DNA of 64,000 nt, taken from assembly GCF_963921235.1 (NCBI RefSeq), contig NC_086111.1, positions 53,320,001 to 53,384,000 of the forward strand. The letters run 5' to 3'. Both the position numbers and the translations under genes were made by a program. Numbering within the stretch: position 1 is the stretch's first letter; each line of letters begins with the position of its first letter. Of this stretch, positions 13,411-26,718 are shown piece after piece. A model generated the notes under the pieces. It ran no database searches and was not told where the DNA came from. It saw nothing but the letters and a program-made list of their open reading frames with translations. The DNA is from Mobula hypostoma (taxonomy: Eukaryota).

Positions 13411-14039
13411 TGCTGTATGACTACATAAGATGAAGTGATTGTCAATTTCATTGATAGCTGGTAACTGGTAACCTGGTCTTAAAAAAAATGTGTAAGTTGG
13501 GCAGAGTCCAAGATCTGTCCCTGACTATGATACTTGTCCTATGGATGATTTATTGCAACTTTGTCCATATTTGTTGTTCAATTTGAAGTTAACTATATCA
13601 CATCTTGTTGGATTATGGGTAAGTTGGAAATTGTGCTGTGCGTTTTCCCCAGTCAACAGAGTTGTGGACCCTCACAACACCATCTTGATTCATATCCTGT
13701 ACCAATAATTTTTCAAAATCTGACTAGCATTATGTTTTCAGATTTGACATGATAATATCTTAAAAATTGGACTGTCTAATTCTACCAATTCTCCCACATC
13801 TGTTTCGTTGGACCAGAAAAAAATAGATATTTATTTCACTTTGGGTAGCCAGAGATATAAATATCAAGGTTTTCAAATGCATCTGTAAGTCACATAGTTA
13901 CGTGAACATAACCTTTTTCTGTTTGGAGCAAATGCTTCTTCATTTTTATCTGAATTTGTTACAGGGGTAGCTGGAGCTTTGCAATATCTTGGGGTACATG
14001 AATGCTTCATTCCAAAGCATGTGTGGAATGAGTAAGCAA

Positions 14040-14650
14040 TGTTCCAGAGCAACATACACACACATAATACTGGAGGAATTCAGCAGGTCAGGCAGCATTA
14101 GTGGAAATGAATGAACAGTTGATATTTCAAGCTGAGACCCTTCGTCAGCACTGGAAAGTGAGGGGGAAGGAACCAGAATAAGAACGTTGGGGAAGGGGAA
14201 GGAGTACATCCTCAAAGGTGATAGGTAAAGCTAGGTGGGTGGCTGAGGGGAGGATGAAGTAAGAATCTAGGCAGTGATAGGCTGGAAAGAAACAGGACTA
14301 GAAGAATGGGCCATGGGAGAATGGGAAAGAGGAAGGGCACCAGGGTGAGGGGAAGAGAAGACTTGGGGGAGGCGGTGCAGAGTTAGGAATTGAAGAAGAG
14401 TGGAAGGGGAAAAAGTTACTGTAACTTGGAGAAATCGATTTTCATACCATCTGGTTGGAGGCTACCCTGACAGAATGTGAGGTATTGCCACATCATGGCT
14501 GTAGAAGAGGCCATGGACCAATATGTCGGAATGGGCTTGTGGAGAAAAAATAAAATTGTTGGCCACTGAGAGATCCTGCTTTTTGCGAATGGAACAAAGG
14601 TGCTCAACAAAGCGGTCCCACCAATGTAGAGGAGGCCGCATCTGAACCAG
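14040..14650 (-). mobile_element. Penelope-like element fragment (GIY-YIG C-terminus plus pLTR)
   Basis: Minus-strand QYLTFCQGSLQPDGMKIDFS resembles the PLE endonuclease C-terminus; pyrimidine-rich UTR and decayed hammerhead motif at 14116-14153. Confidence 0.8.
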
Positions 14651-15909
14651 AACTAATGTCCAATAACTTGTATGTTTTATTTTCTTCTTTAACTAAGTAT
14701 GTACCTTGGTATAGCAAATTCACCATAAGCAGCTCTCAGTTGCCCTTATGTAAAGATTATCTGAGTTTGCCAAAGAGTAAGCTTGCGTCAGGGATCAGGC
14801 CCTGTCTGTGCTTTCTCTTTAAGCACTCAAGGGCTTTGGCAACACAAACCCAACTGCCTGATTACATTTTCAAGTATAAATTTTTGTGGTTTGGTTATTG
14901 AAGCTAAGGCCTATAGCAGAACCTTGTTATAATATACAATGTTATTTCAACTTTGTTTTTCCCTCTCTACTCCCCCCCCCCCACACCTAAGGTTTTTCAG
15001 AAAGCTTCATTATAGTCAATAGAGGACTTCAGAACTCAATTACATGATTCCATGATTAGAACTGATACTTCTGGGGTCTGTACAGTTTATAATGACCAGA
15101 TTCAGTTATTTCTAAATGAGGTGTTTTTGCTAATAGCTGTTATTATTATACTGCTTTAAGTTAGCAATTGTTAGATTCAATCTCTTGGAAACATGGATAG
15201 CTCGATGTAATCTTTTATTGAAAATAAAATAATCTGGACATGGTAAACGGAAGAATTAGACAGAATGTTTTTCATGAAAACAGAAAATGCTGGAAATATT
15301 GTAAACTGATGACATTTCGGCAGAATAGTAATATGTTCATGAGTTTGTGCTGACCGAAAATTTCAGCAGTGTAGTGAAGTAATAACTTCATATGATGGCA
15401 TGCGAATGTTTTTAACCACTCAAAATATTGACTGAAGCACTTACAATGTATAAATTATGAAAACTTTTATTGCATTCTGTAAGTGTAAGATTCATATTAA
15501 CAGTAGCTTGCAGCGTCTGTCTGTAATGTGTTAATAAAATTTCTTGCATTACTGTTTGGGTGGCAGGGTGTCACGGCCACTACAGCTGTTGCCTCACAGT
15601 GCCAGAGACTGGGTTTTAACTGTTGTCTCCTATATTCACTTGGGCGGCTTCTTTGTGCGATGGTTTCCTTCTACATGTCAAGTCTACTGTATATCCCAAC
15701 TGGTTGTTAGGTTAATTGGCCACTGTCAATTGCTCCTAGTGTGTTGACATGTGGTAGAGTCTGGGGTGGTTGATGATAATCTGGGGAGAGTTAATTAGAA
15801 GGATGATTGATGTTCAGAGCAAACTCAGAGGCCAAAGAGCCTGTTTCTGTGCTGATTTTCTATGATTCTCTTTTATAAAATAAAAATCTAGGCATTCACT
15901 GTCACAAAA

Positions 15910-16040
15910 TGGGACCAGTTCTGATAAAGGTCTCGGTCTGAAACATTGACTGTCCATTTTCCTCCATGGATGCTGCGACCTGCTGAGTTCCTTCAGCGTT
16001 TTGTATGTTTCTCTAGATTTCCAGTGTCTGCTGTTTTTCT
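15910..16040 (+). mobile_element. Penelope pLTR-derived short fragment immediately upstream of an ERC2 exon
   Basis: ctgataaaggtctcggtctgaaacattgactg..gatgctgcgacctgctgagttcc..ttccagtgtctgc matches other pLTR copies. Confidence 0.75.
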
Positions 16041-16094
16041 CATTGTCAGTACTTAGATTGCCTTTAATTGACAGAATCACTTTTCTCCTTATAG

Positions 16095-16235
16095 GAGAGA
16101 ATTATAGAACGTCTAAAGGAACAACGTGAAAGAGACGACCGTGAGCGATTGGAAGAGGTCGAATCATATAAAAAAGAAAATAAAGATCTTAAAGAGAAGA
16201 TTAACAACTTGCAAGCTGAACTGGCAGAAAAAGAG
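16095..16235 (+). CDS. ERC2: ERC2 (CAST1/ELKS2) coding exon, 141 nt, phase 0-0
   Basis: ttttctccttatag|...|gttggt; encodes ERIIERLKEQRERDDRERLEEVESYKKENKDLKEKINNLQAELAEKE, recalled as ERC2-type rather than ERC1 (ERTIERLKEQRDRDEREK). Confidence 0.95.
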
Positions 16236-16299
16236 GTTGGTACAGAAGGCATTACAGCTTGCATGCAAGGAAAATAACTAACCCTGTCACTACAGATAG

Positions 16300-18065
16300 G
16301 TAGGTAACTCAAGGCACTTAGACAAAGCCACCAAGGCTGATTCTACAAAATTCACCAAATTCACTGGAAGAATAAGTGAAGCAATGTTGCATCTTCCCAG
16401 GCTAACATCCTCAGGATACTCTCAGGTGGCTATATTGGACACACTTGACCCCATCTCCCAAAGTAGACACTTTACTACGATCTCTGTTGTAGGAGGAGGT
16501 TACCAAGTGGACAGAGAGAAAGAGTAATGGATGTCCTCAAAGCTTACCTGAAGAAGTGCATCATCTCCACTGACTCCTGAAAACCTCTGGCCGATTAGGG
16601 CTTCTAGTGGGGAAGGTACTGGCCTCCTGGAGTCCATGCATTAGAAACAAACAGAAGTCCCATGAGAGAGATAAATTCGCGCTTTTCAAACTTGGAAGAC
16701 TAAGGGTATTTTACGGTTTTTGGATTTATTTTTAGATGGTTCCCTTATGTCTTTTGAACAATTATCTAATAAATATAACCTATCAAGAATACATTTTTTT
16801 AGATATTTACAAGTTAGAAATTTTCTAAGTACTATACTTCCTTCCTTTCCAATGCTTCCTCCTATATATATTTTAGATTCGATAATTAACCTTAATCCAT
16901 GTCAGAAAGGTGCATCGGCTATGATTTATAATATTATTATGAAACTCAGGAAAGCTCCATTTGATAAGATTAGGGTAGATTGGGAACAGGAATTGGGGCT
17001 TACCATTTCTGTGGATGATTGGGGGCAGATTTTACAATTAGTTAATACTTCCTCTATTTGTGCTAAACATTCCCTAATTCAATTTAAAGTGGTGCATAGA
17101 GCACATATGTCCAAAGATAAGTTAGCGCGTTTTTACTCGCATATTAATCCTTTCTGTGATAGATGTTCGGGGCAGATAGCCTCTTTAACTCATATGTTTT
17201 GGTCTTGCCCTACTTTGGAAACTTTTTGGAGAGATATTTTCAATATTATTTCTAAGGTATTAAATATAGATATCTCTCCTCACCCTATTACTGCTATCTT
17301 TGGACTACCTAAAATTTCTAGTAATCTTTCCCCTTCAGCCCGTAGAATGATTGCATTTCTTACTTTAATGGCGAAAAGATGTATTTTACAACATTGGAAA
17401 GAGCTTAATGCTCCAACTACCTTTTTTTGGTTTTCTCAGACGATTTTATGTTTGAATCTGGAGAAAATTAGAAGTAACCTTTATGATTCTTCATTTAAAT
17501 TTGAACAGATTTGGGGACCTTTTATTCGATATTTTCATTTAATGTAATATTTACCCTTCTTGTTTTTTTTTCACTGTTTTAATGGAGGTCGGGATTGAGG
17601 ACGTGATTTTAAGTTTAACTCTGTTTGGTTTCAAGTTAGCCCATTGCTTTGCTTTGCTTTTAGTTAGTTGCACGGTGGGTTTTTTTTTGGGTTTTTTTTT
17701 TCTTTTTTTCCATTGATATATATAAAATCTAGTATACTATTATGTTATCTTGGTTTCTTATGCTTAAATTACATTGTTTGTAGTATTTTCTTTTTGGTAT
17801 TGTTATCTTTTGGAATTTTATTATACTTTAACATTGTATTAATGTTTATATGGCTTACCTTTTTTGTATACTTACTCAATAAAAAGATTTAAAAAGGAAA
17901 AGAGAGAGATAAAGAGGCATTCAACCCACAAACTACCCACCTGTCTGATCAGCCACCTCCTGATCCAGAAACTGTAGCTCTTACATTAGCTTCGTTAGCC
18001 ACTTCCAAACACAAATTGGAGTAAAAGCAAATCATCCGTGTTTGTGAGGGACTGCCGAAGATGGT
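16300..18065 (+). mobile_element. Old RTE-type LINE 3' fragment split by the L1 insertion
   Basis: Similar to the RTE-like remnant at 63250-63845 (ccactgactcctg..ctctggcc vs catatgaatccctatccc); resumes after the L1 TSD at 17914. Confidence 0.55.
16676..17901 (+). mobile_element. Young 5'-truncated L1-clade LINE (ORF2 C-terminus, 3' UTR, A-rich tail)
   Basis: Uninterrupted frame 16678-17547 with the zinc knuckle FCDRCSGQIASLTHMFWSC; AATAAA at 17878-17883; perfect 12-bp TSD GAGAGAGATAAA at 16664-16675 and 17902-17913. Confidence 0.93.
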
Positions 18066-18479
18066 GGATAAATATTCATTGTTCAAGGCACAATTTTACT
18101 AATTATCAATTGCTAATGCAAATTTAGACCAGCAATGTTTAGCCAGAATCCACTTTGTATAATATAAACATACATAATATTTTATATGGATAGATTTAAT
18201 GTTTCCACCCTCTGCTGCCTCCCCACACCTACATCTCTTTTTTACTCATCTGATACTCAGAAGATGATGCACTCATGAAACCTCCAGCTTTCAATCCCCA
18301 TCACGTTAAGCTTTTATGTGAACTTAAATCTCTGCAGTTCAATACCAATGCATTATTACTAAATTAAAGGATGTGATTTATATATACACAAATGTGTAAT
18401 TAACCTCTATTTATTTTTAAGATTGTAAGCTACAGAAATGATATGTTACCTTAAGTGATAATTGTTTATTTTCTTTCAG

Positions 18480-18620
18480 TCTAGCTTGATTGACTTGAAG
18501 GAACATGCATCTTCTTTGGCTTCAACAGGCTTAAAGAAAGATTCTAAATTAAAAACTCTAGAAATTGCTATTGAGCAAAAGAAAGAAGAATGTAGTAAGT
18601 TGGAAGCACAGTTAAAGAAG
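18480..18620 (+). CDS. ERC2: ERC2 coding exon, 141 nt, phase 0-0
   Basis: ttttctttcag|...|gtaaac; SSLIDLKEHASSLASTGLKKDSKLKTLEIAIEQKKEECSKLEAQLKK, in frame with the previous exon. Confidence 0.95.
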
Positions 18621-19304
18621 GTAAACATTACAGTTTGGGTAAAGTTACTTCTTGTTCATATTTGCGGAGAGGTGAAATGAAATCTGTTTTGCTAGGATTT
18701 AAAGAAAGATGACATTCAATCATTCTGAATCATATTTACAAAAAAAAATTTGATTTCCCGAATGAAGCACATATTTAGATTTCCTTTTTCGTGTAGAATG
18801 AACTGTCCAGATATTCACTTGTACTTTAATTCCTGGTAGAAGTGTAATATGTCCTGTTCAGTGCAAGCTATTCTTTACTCTGCTCTCATTCTAAATTCCT
18901 CACTTCTTAAAGGAACACTTCCCCAGGATTCTTGTGCTTATTTATGCTAGTGAGAAAGCAGATTTTACTCTGATTTGCAGTGCTTAATTCAAGTAATCTG
19001 AAATGTTTGTGAGTTTATGGTTATTCTCAAAGCATCAATTTTTGTAGTTTGTTTTTAGTATACTTTGAGTTACCTAAATAACCTCCATGAAGCACTCTGT
19101 ATCAAAATATATTTTGATGGGCATTACTCCCATTGTATCATGAGTCCTGAGCCAATGGTTATACAGGGGAGATGGATTTTCTGAAATTTATTTTGCGGTT
19201 AACCTCTAATTTAGACAATTAATTTGTAGAAATAAAAATCAGGGCTACAATTTCAAAATGCTTCTACACTGACATTGTTTACATTTTATATACTGTTTTA
19301 TATG

Positions 19305-19435
19305 GCCCTTCAGAGTTTCTGCTTGAAGCATTGACAGTTTATTCCCCTCATAGACATTGCCTGATTTGCTGAGTTCCTCCAACAGTTTGTGTGCATTGCT
19401 CAAGATTGCCAGCATCTGCAGAATCTCTTGTATTT
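19305..19435 (+). mobile_element. Penelope pLTR-derived fragment
   Basis: ttgcctgatttgctgagttcctccaac..ccagcatctgcagaatctcttgt, same family as 15910-16040 and 31115-31255. Confidence 0.65.
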
Positions 19436-21459
19436 ATGATTGTCTAATGGATGAATTTGATTGTTTAATAATTTTACAATAGTTTTAAATGCAAGAAGGA
19501 TATTTACATTGTTACTGTTAAAATGTTTAGTATGATAAGGAAAACATAAATCATTTTTATCTCCATCTGTGTATATTAGACTTTCTCTCTTGCAGTTAGT
19601 TTTTTGAAATAATGTATTTGACTTTATCCACATCAAGTGACCTTTCTGAGTTATCCAATCTTTATTTTAGATGTAGCTCTTAGAATCACTGGGTCAAGTG
19701 TTCATCACATCCAGTGAGAGATGATGATCGATTTTTTTTTACATATTATAGGTAGTATAAGTAGTTCTCATTTCAAACTCTACAAAATTTCACTGTGTGG
19801 AATTTCTTTTATGATGTTACAATATTTCAATGGCGATTTTATACTTCTGAGATTGTATGTGGAGTGTGATGTTAGAATGGGTATGGGTGTCAGGTAGTGG
19901 GAAAAAAATAAATAATTTTTGAGATCTGATCTCCAAAGTATCTAACCAGATCCCATCATTAATAATTATATGTCCTGGTTGAAAGAAGGAATTTCCCAAT
20001 GTAAGCAGTTCTGTAATTTGCAATATGTAAATTGGATCTTTGACATGTCAAGAATAAGTTTGTTTTTGTTGAGAAATGGCAAAATCAATATTTTTGTCAT
20101 AATTAACCTTAGAAGTTGCTTTTGCAAAATACTGTATTCTAAAGTCATATATTTCTGCAATTTTTCTGGTAGGATATTAATTGCAGAGAGAACGATGCAT
20201 TCTTTTATTGTTCATTCCAAGAGGAATTTCAGACCATGCAATTTTGTTTCAAGTAAACAACAGAAAGATCTTCAATACTTGACAATTTCTTGCTTGCTGG
20301 AATCCAAACCGATTATTATCAAAACTGGCAAAGTAGAGTATTTGCAATGCAACCACTGAAACATGTAAAGTTTCACGTAAACACTTGGCATACACTCTTT
20401 GTTAAATAAAGGCAAAGAACAAATATAAGCAAACTTTTCAAATCTATTCTAAAATAAACTTTGGAAAGCTGAACACTAGTAAACTTTTATTGTGTGAATC
20501 ACTGCTGCTGATTTTCAATGAAATGATAATTATCTCAGAAATGTAAAATAATGTAATGATAAGCATTCTGCTGGCCCTGTAATTTTTGCTGGCTCCCTTT
20601 GTGATGCAACTTAGTTTATTTTGGCTAAACTTAAGAAGACAGAATCCAAATGTCTGCTGTTTGATGTTTTCGTATTCTTGGTCATCTCCTTGGTAATGAG
20701 AATTTTTAGGGAAATCTTTATTTAAGTGGATAATTAATTTTATTTAACATATTTTCATTAAGCATTCTTCAGATTATGCATGAGCAAAAAATGTGCATTA
20801 AAATATAGAAATGTTTGGATTTAATTTTTAAAAAATAAAGTACAGTAACTTGGTGAGAACGTGTTTAAATATTCCTCTCACTTGGTGTTTACTTCCTTGA
20901 TGCTAAAATTATTAGATTTTGACAAGTCTTAAATGCCAAATATGTTTTTAAATAATCTGTTTTTAAATGTATTTCTTTCATTGAAATGTATCCCATTGGC
21001 ATAAAACTTTTCTTAATTTTTAAAATAGTTCTAATATACCTGTCACCACATAATCTGCAAAGTATCTCTCTTCTCCTTTATAACCTATTCCTGCTATTCA
21101 AAAAAAAGAGGGTATAGTTAGAAGGTGTCAAAAGAATGTTTTAAAACCTTAGGGTGTGATTTTAAAAAATATTACTCGTTTTCATTTCACAAAATTGCAT
21201 TTTATCGTTCTCTCTGCACCACTTTTCTAGAATTATAAACATCAATTTCACAAGTTCTCCCTTCATCAACACTTTGGGGAATATCATTCTTGGAAGTAAT
21301 TTACAGAATTTGGAAAAAATATGATTAAGAAGATATCAATCAAAAAGAAAAAAATGGGTGCTGGAAATCTGAAATTTAAACAAAAAAATGCTGAAAATAC
21401 TTGGCATACCAGACAGAATTAGTTGAGGGAGAAATAGAATTTTGAGTTGATGACATTTC

Positions 21460-23230
21460 AATGTTCAAAGTAAATTTATTTTCAAAGTACATATACATTA
21501 TCATATAGAACCCTGAGACTCGTTCTCTTGTGGGCATGTGAACTAAATGCAAGAAACACAATAGGATCGATGAAAGGCCATACTCAATAGGAAGGACAAA
21601 CAACCATTGTACAAAAGACAGCAAGCTATGCAAATACCAAAGAAATAACAAGTTTAATAATATATAAGTAAGCAATAAATATGTCAAACATGAGATGAAG
21701 AGTCCTTGAAAGTGAGTCCATTGGTTGTGGGAACAGTTCAGTGTTGGGGCTAGCGAAGTTATCCCCTCTGGTTCAAGAGCCTGATGGTTGAGGGGTAAAA
21801 ACAGTACCCAAAGGTGGTGGAGTGAGTCCTGAAGCTCCTGTACCACCTTCCTGATGGCAACATTGAGAAGAGAGTGTGGCTTGGATGGTGTGGGTCCTTG
21901 ATGGTGGATGCTACTTTCTAGTTTCAGCACTCCATGTAGATGTGCTCAGTGATGGGGAGGGCCTTACCTGTGACGGACTAGGCCGTATCCATTATTTTTA
22001 ACATTCAAGGGCATTGGTGTTTCCATACGGGGCTGTGATGCAACCAGTCAATATACTCTCCATCACACATCCTATAAAATTAATCAACGTTTTAGATGTC
22101 ATCCCCAAACCTTGGCAAACTTCTAAGAAAGTAGAGGTGCTACTGTGCTTTCTTCGTAATTGCATTTACATGCTGGACCCAGGGCAAATCCTCTGAATTA
22201 TTAACATTGAGGAATTTAAATTTGCTGACTTTCTTCACCTTTGATTCCCCCAATGAGGACTGCTTCATGGACCTTCAATTTTCTTCTCCTGAAGTCAATA
22301 ATCAGCTTATTGGTCTTGGTGACATTGAGTAAGAGGTTGTTGTGGTACCACTCAGCCAACGCAAGGGAGGAAATTGTGAGTCCAATTGCACAAAGAAGTA
22401 TTGAGGCCAAGGTACTGAGGCTTATTGTTTGTTTTGAGGGATTGATAGTATTGAATGCCAAGTTGTAGTCGATGAAGAGCATCCTGATGTATGCATCTTC
22501 ACTGTCCAGATGTTCCAGGGTTGAATGAAGAGCCAATGAGATGGCATCTACTATGGACCTGTTGTGATGGTGGGCAAAGTGGAGTGGATCCATGTCACTT
22601 CTCAGGCAGGAGTTGATATGTTTCATCACTAACTTCTCAAAGCACTTCATCACAGTGGATGTAAGTGCTACTGGGCAATAGTCATTAAGGCAAGTTACCA
22701 CATTCTTCTTAAGCACCGGTATGGTTGAAGCCCGCTTAAAACAAGTGGGTACCTCAGACTGCCAAAGCAAGAGGTTAAAGATATTAGTGAACACTCCAGC
22801 AGGTTGATCAGCACAGCTCTTTAGTAATGGCCAGATTCTCCCTCATGAGAGATGCTCTCATGTTTGCATTAGAGATTGAAATCAGGGGCTATGGGAGTCC
22901 ATGTTTTGATGGTCAAAGCAAGCATAGAAGGGAGTGAAGCCTTGTTGTCACTTATGTCGCTTTGTTTCCCTCTGTCAGAAGCAATAACATTCAATCCCTG
23001 CCCCAGCTGTCGAGCATCCTTCAGTGATTCAAGTTCGGTCTGGAATTGCCACTTTGCAAGTGAAATGGCTTTCTGGAGATCGTACTGTACCTGGACCTCT
23101 TGTATCTTGCTTGATTACCAGACTTCAATACCACTCATCTGGCCCTCAGCAAATTGCAGATCTTATGGTTCATCCTGAGCATCTGGTTCTGGGGACACAC
23201 TTGACTATGACAGTTTTTATGAAGTTTCTT
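21460..23230 (-). mobile_element. Rex1/Babar-type LINE, decayed
   Basis: FTNIFNLLLWQSEVPTCFKRASTIPV..LNDYCPVALTSTVMKCFEKLV..IRMLFIDYNLAFNTI; 3' UTR ends gttcaaagtaaatttatt. Confidence 0.88.
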
Positions 23231-24497
23231 TTCATCAGAATTTGGGGCAAAGTCATCAACCTCAGATGTTAACTCTCTACACAACTGCTACCAAACCTGT
23301 GAAGTATTTTCTGTTTTTGTTATGGCAAGTGTTAATGATTATTATGATCATATTAATATTGAAATCTTTAGATGCTGAATCTGGTGTCTGTTCCTTTTAA
23401 ATTGCATAATATTTATTTAAATTGTACCTCTGGTAGGTAGCTAAAAGTACCAGTTCAGGTGTTTTATATTTACAAAAACTTAATAAGTTTTTGTTTAAGG
23501 GCGTCCATTGCATTTCTTTGCTTTCTATTAGTTGTGGAAGGAAAATCTCTGAATTGCATCCCATTGGGGCTGCTTTATCGGGCAGTCTATGCGCTGATCT
23601 TCTCTGAATAGTAATATTACAATGATTGTTAAAATGCATGCAATGATTGAATTCCAAATAATTCAAACTGTCAAGGTGTTATACTATGTTAAACATACAT
23701 GACATTTATTGAGAAATCAACTCTTTTTCACAAGATAATAGAATAGTAGCCCCCCCACAAGCTATAATCCCAAGTTTCTGCTTCAAAGTTATGCACTAGT
23801 CTCATATTCATTTCCTCATCTTTGAGTGTGTAACCAAAGATGCCATTTTGTTTTTGAGAGGAATTGAGAATGTTGAATTAAATTTGAGAATTGAATAAAT
23901 ACATACTGATATTGGCAGTAAATAAGCAGTTAAAAGGAATGACGTGTAAATGAATGTGAAAGTTAGTTGGTTAAAGGCAACAGCCATCGATGGGCTATTA
24001 TTCCAAAATTCCACTTGCTTTGATATCTGTTAAATCAATTATGTTGGCATTAGAAGAATAAGACTTTACATTTAATAATCTGATTTAATCAATCTTATAA
24101 TCACAACTAACTTTGATGCCTTTTGATGAATTATAGCCTTAATAAATCAACAGGCCTGTCAGTAATCCATCACTAGAGCAGAACACTTTAAATGTATCAT
24201 CAGTGGTGGGAAACTTTTTTTGTTTCATGGACTATTTAATTTGGGGAGGGTGAATAAAATATGTAAAGCAAACTTCTTAAAGTTCTGATTCAAGTTATTT
24301 TTAATAAGCCAAAAACAACATTTATGTTTCCTTATGCCTCTCATTTTCACTGTGAATTCTTTGTAAACTTGAAATTTCTACTTGATAGACACATTATTTT
24401 CTGTGCAAATTCATTGAATTTGTTGAGCTAATGCTGTTTTCCTAAATCTTTCTTTCTTCCTGTCTGTGCTTCATTTCTTCCCAACTTTACAATGTAG

Positions 24498-24533
24498 CAA
24501 GCTGAGCAGTTGTTCAATCAGATGTACACACCA
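24498..24533 (+). CDS. ERC2: ERC2 36-nt cassette microexon (QAEQLFNQMYTP), phase 0-0
   Basis: Long polypyrimidine tract ending aatgtag|, strong donor |gtaagt, open and frame-preserving between ...QLKK and AHDAEE... Confidence 0.85.
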
Positions 24534-26524
24534 GTAAGTCGTTCTAAAATGACCACTGTAACTTATGAAAGCATGAGGGCCCATTGACCTAGTTTTGTGC
24601 TTTAACCCAAGTGCACCTCTGCAAACATTTCAGATCTTAATTTTCAGCCATATTGAAAGTCAACTCTGTAGACTTCAAGGTTTTTGTTGTTTTTGATTAA
24701 ATGGTAATTAATTAAAACTGACAAAATTAGTTTTTGTGATGTAACTTTTAGGTCTACAGAAATTTGGACAGTTTATGCACAGACTAAATTCTGTCTAATT
24801 TGGCATACTCTAACATTTTCAACGTGTTAGGATTTAATAATTGGCAAGTTGGTGACAGTGGTATGTTTTGTAGCAAAGGTTTAGATAAAAGAAATTCTTT
24901 TTCAAAAAATCCTTGATTATCAGGAAGAATGGTAATGGGAAACACAGACACCCTTTGTTCTGTGCCTAGACTGTTGTCAGACAGAAGAATTCATTGCAGA
25001 ACTGGGAGCACTTAGAGGGTTAAACATTTTTATAATTAAATTAAATATTACGAAGCTTGCATGTTTCAGTTGCATTGTTTCAAGTCACTTAAATTCCTGA
25101 ATGATTTTTGTTCACTAAATTATTCAGATTCCTAATATTTTAGTGACTGATTTTGTTTGCCATCTTGCATCTTTAAAAATTGTCATTATATTATTTCTTG
25201 CATTTTTGCGAATTTAATGTTTAGGTTTTTAAGTGTACACAAATGCCACTGTTTTATCTAACAGTAAAATCAAATTTTGATTCATTACTTCTGGGCATAT
25301 GTCCTGTCACAAAAATACAGCAGCTTTTGAGAATAGATCATAACTGAAGAATAGACTGAAGTGATTCTATTCTTAAACTGTATCCAATGACTGCTGGCAT
25401 CTGAATGAACTATTATATGTTAACTATGCTCTCTTGAGACTTCGATCATGGTATTAATACTGTTAACAGTAGCTTGTTTCATTGTGTTCATTACATTTTG
25501 GAAAGCTGGTCAATCTGTTTTTCTTCATCCTGCCATTCTAACATAAATAAATGACAATAAATGGAAAACATTTTAATGTTGAAATCAGACATTAAGATGT
25601 TTTATTGCTGATATGTATACAACAACATAAAGACTACTTTGCATTGTCTTTTTTGGATTTATTTCAGCAGTATTTAAATTGGCAATGAATGAGGAATTTG
25701 TTCTCATCTCCCCACTCTTAATCTGTTGCTACATACCTAATAAATTAAAGGTAATAAACCACTGGTTTTAAAGGCATATGTTTAAGTACTTCAGATTGAT
25801 AATATATAACAGAATGTTGTTTAGTTTGGCAGTACAAAGAATTAAAAGTTTACTGAAAAACGATGCATATAATTAGTAACAGGGCCCTATTTGCTTTCTC
25901 ATTTAGAAATGTATAGAAAAAAAGTCCAGCAGTTTCTGTTCAAAACACAAAAAAAACTTCTCTCTTGTGTTGGAAGAAGCAGATTTTCTTCCTGTTTTGA
26001 TCAGTTTAGCATCTAAAATATTTTAGTGATGCAAAATATCACTGCAAAGAATTTTAGTATCCTCAGAATAATGCTGTATTTTTTCATACTGCAACTTGAT
26101 TTACTTTAGTTAAATTTCCTTTCTCATCTTTGATTGCCTTATTTTGTTTTATGTGCTTGGTTTTGTTTTCAAGATACCAATTAGGAATTATGAGGAAAAT
26201 AGGGTAGGCCAAACAATGTGGTGCTTATTTCATTATTTTGTGTGTGCTTGCTTGAAGTTTCAAGTATTAAATTTAGGCTGCAAATTTTCTTACAGTGTCG
26301 TATGTCAATCACTGTCTATACAGTAAAACTGAAATCCTTTAATGGGAAAATTGTGCAGCATTTTTAAAGCATGTTTGTTAGGCTTGTTCTGCTATGTTTG
26401 GAAGTGTGTGTTTGTGTTTCAGTGTATTTTGAGTGTTGTGCTGTGGTGTCAAATTACAGAGATTAAAATGTGGTGTTTATTTTGATGATATCAGCTTCAT
26501 TTTTCTTTCCTATCCACAAATTAG

Positions 26525-26718
26525 GCTCATGATGCTGAAGAAGATGCACGCTTGAACCCAGAAATGTGTGAGAAACTGAGACAACTTGAGAAGGATGTGG
26601 CTTACTACAAAGAGGAGTCTGATAAATCCCAGGCTGAAGTAGATAGACTCTTAGAAATCCTGAAAGAAGTGGAGACGGAGAAAAATGACAGAGATAAGAA
26701 AATAGCGGAACTTGAAAG
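26525..26718 (+). CDS. ERC2: ERC2 coding exon, 194 nt, phase 0-2
   Basis: aaattag|...AG|gtaagg; AHDAEEDARLNPEMCEKLRQLEKDVAYYKEESDKSQAEVDRLLEILKEVETEKNDRDKKIAELE. Confidence 0.95.

Noticed and set aside
16064-16312. Minus-strand ORFs 16064-16312 and 26463-26744 as antisense genes
   Set aside because: They are shadows of the + strand ERC2 exons.
16720-17547. 275-aa ORF as a novel nested gene
   Set aside because: It is the L1 ORF2 C-terminus, begins at the insertion boundary without ATG, and is bounded by a TSD.
16095-26718. Assignment to ERC1
   Set aside because: Recalled diagnostic residues (ERIIERLKEQRERDDRERLEE, SSLIDLKEH, LEIAIEQKKEECSKLEAQLKK) fit ERC2; not verified by search.
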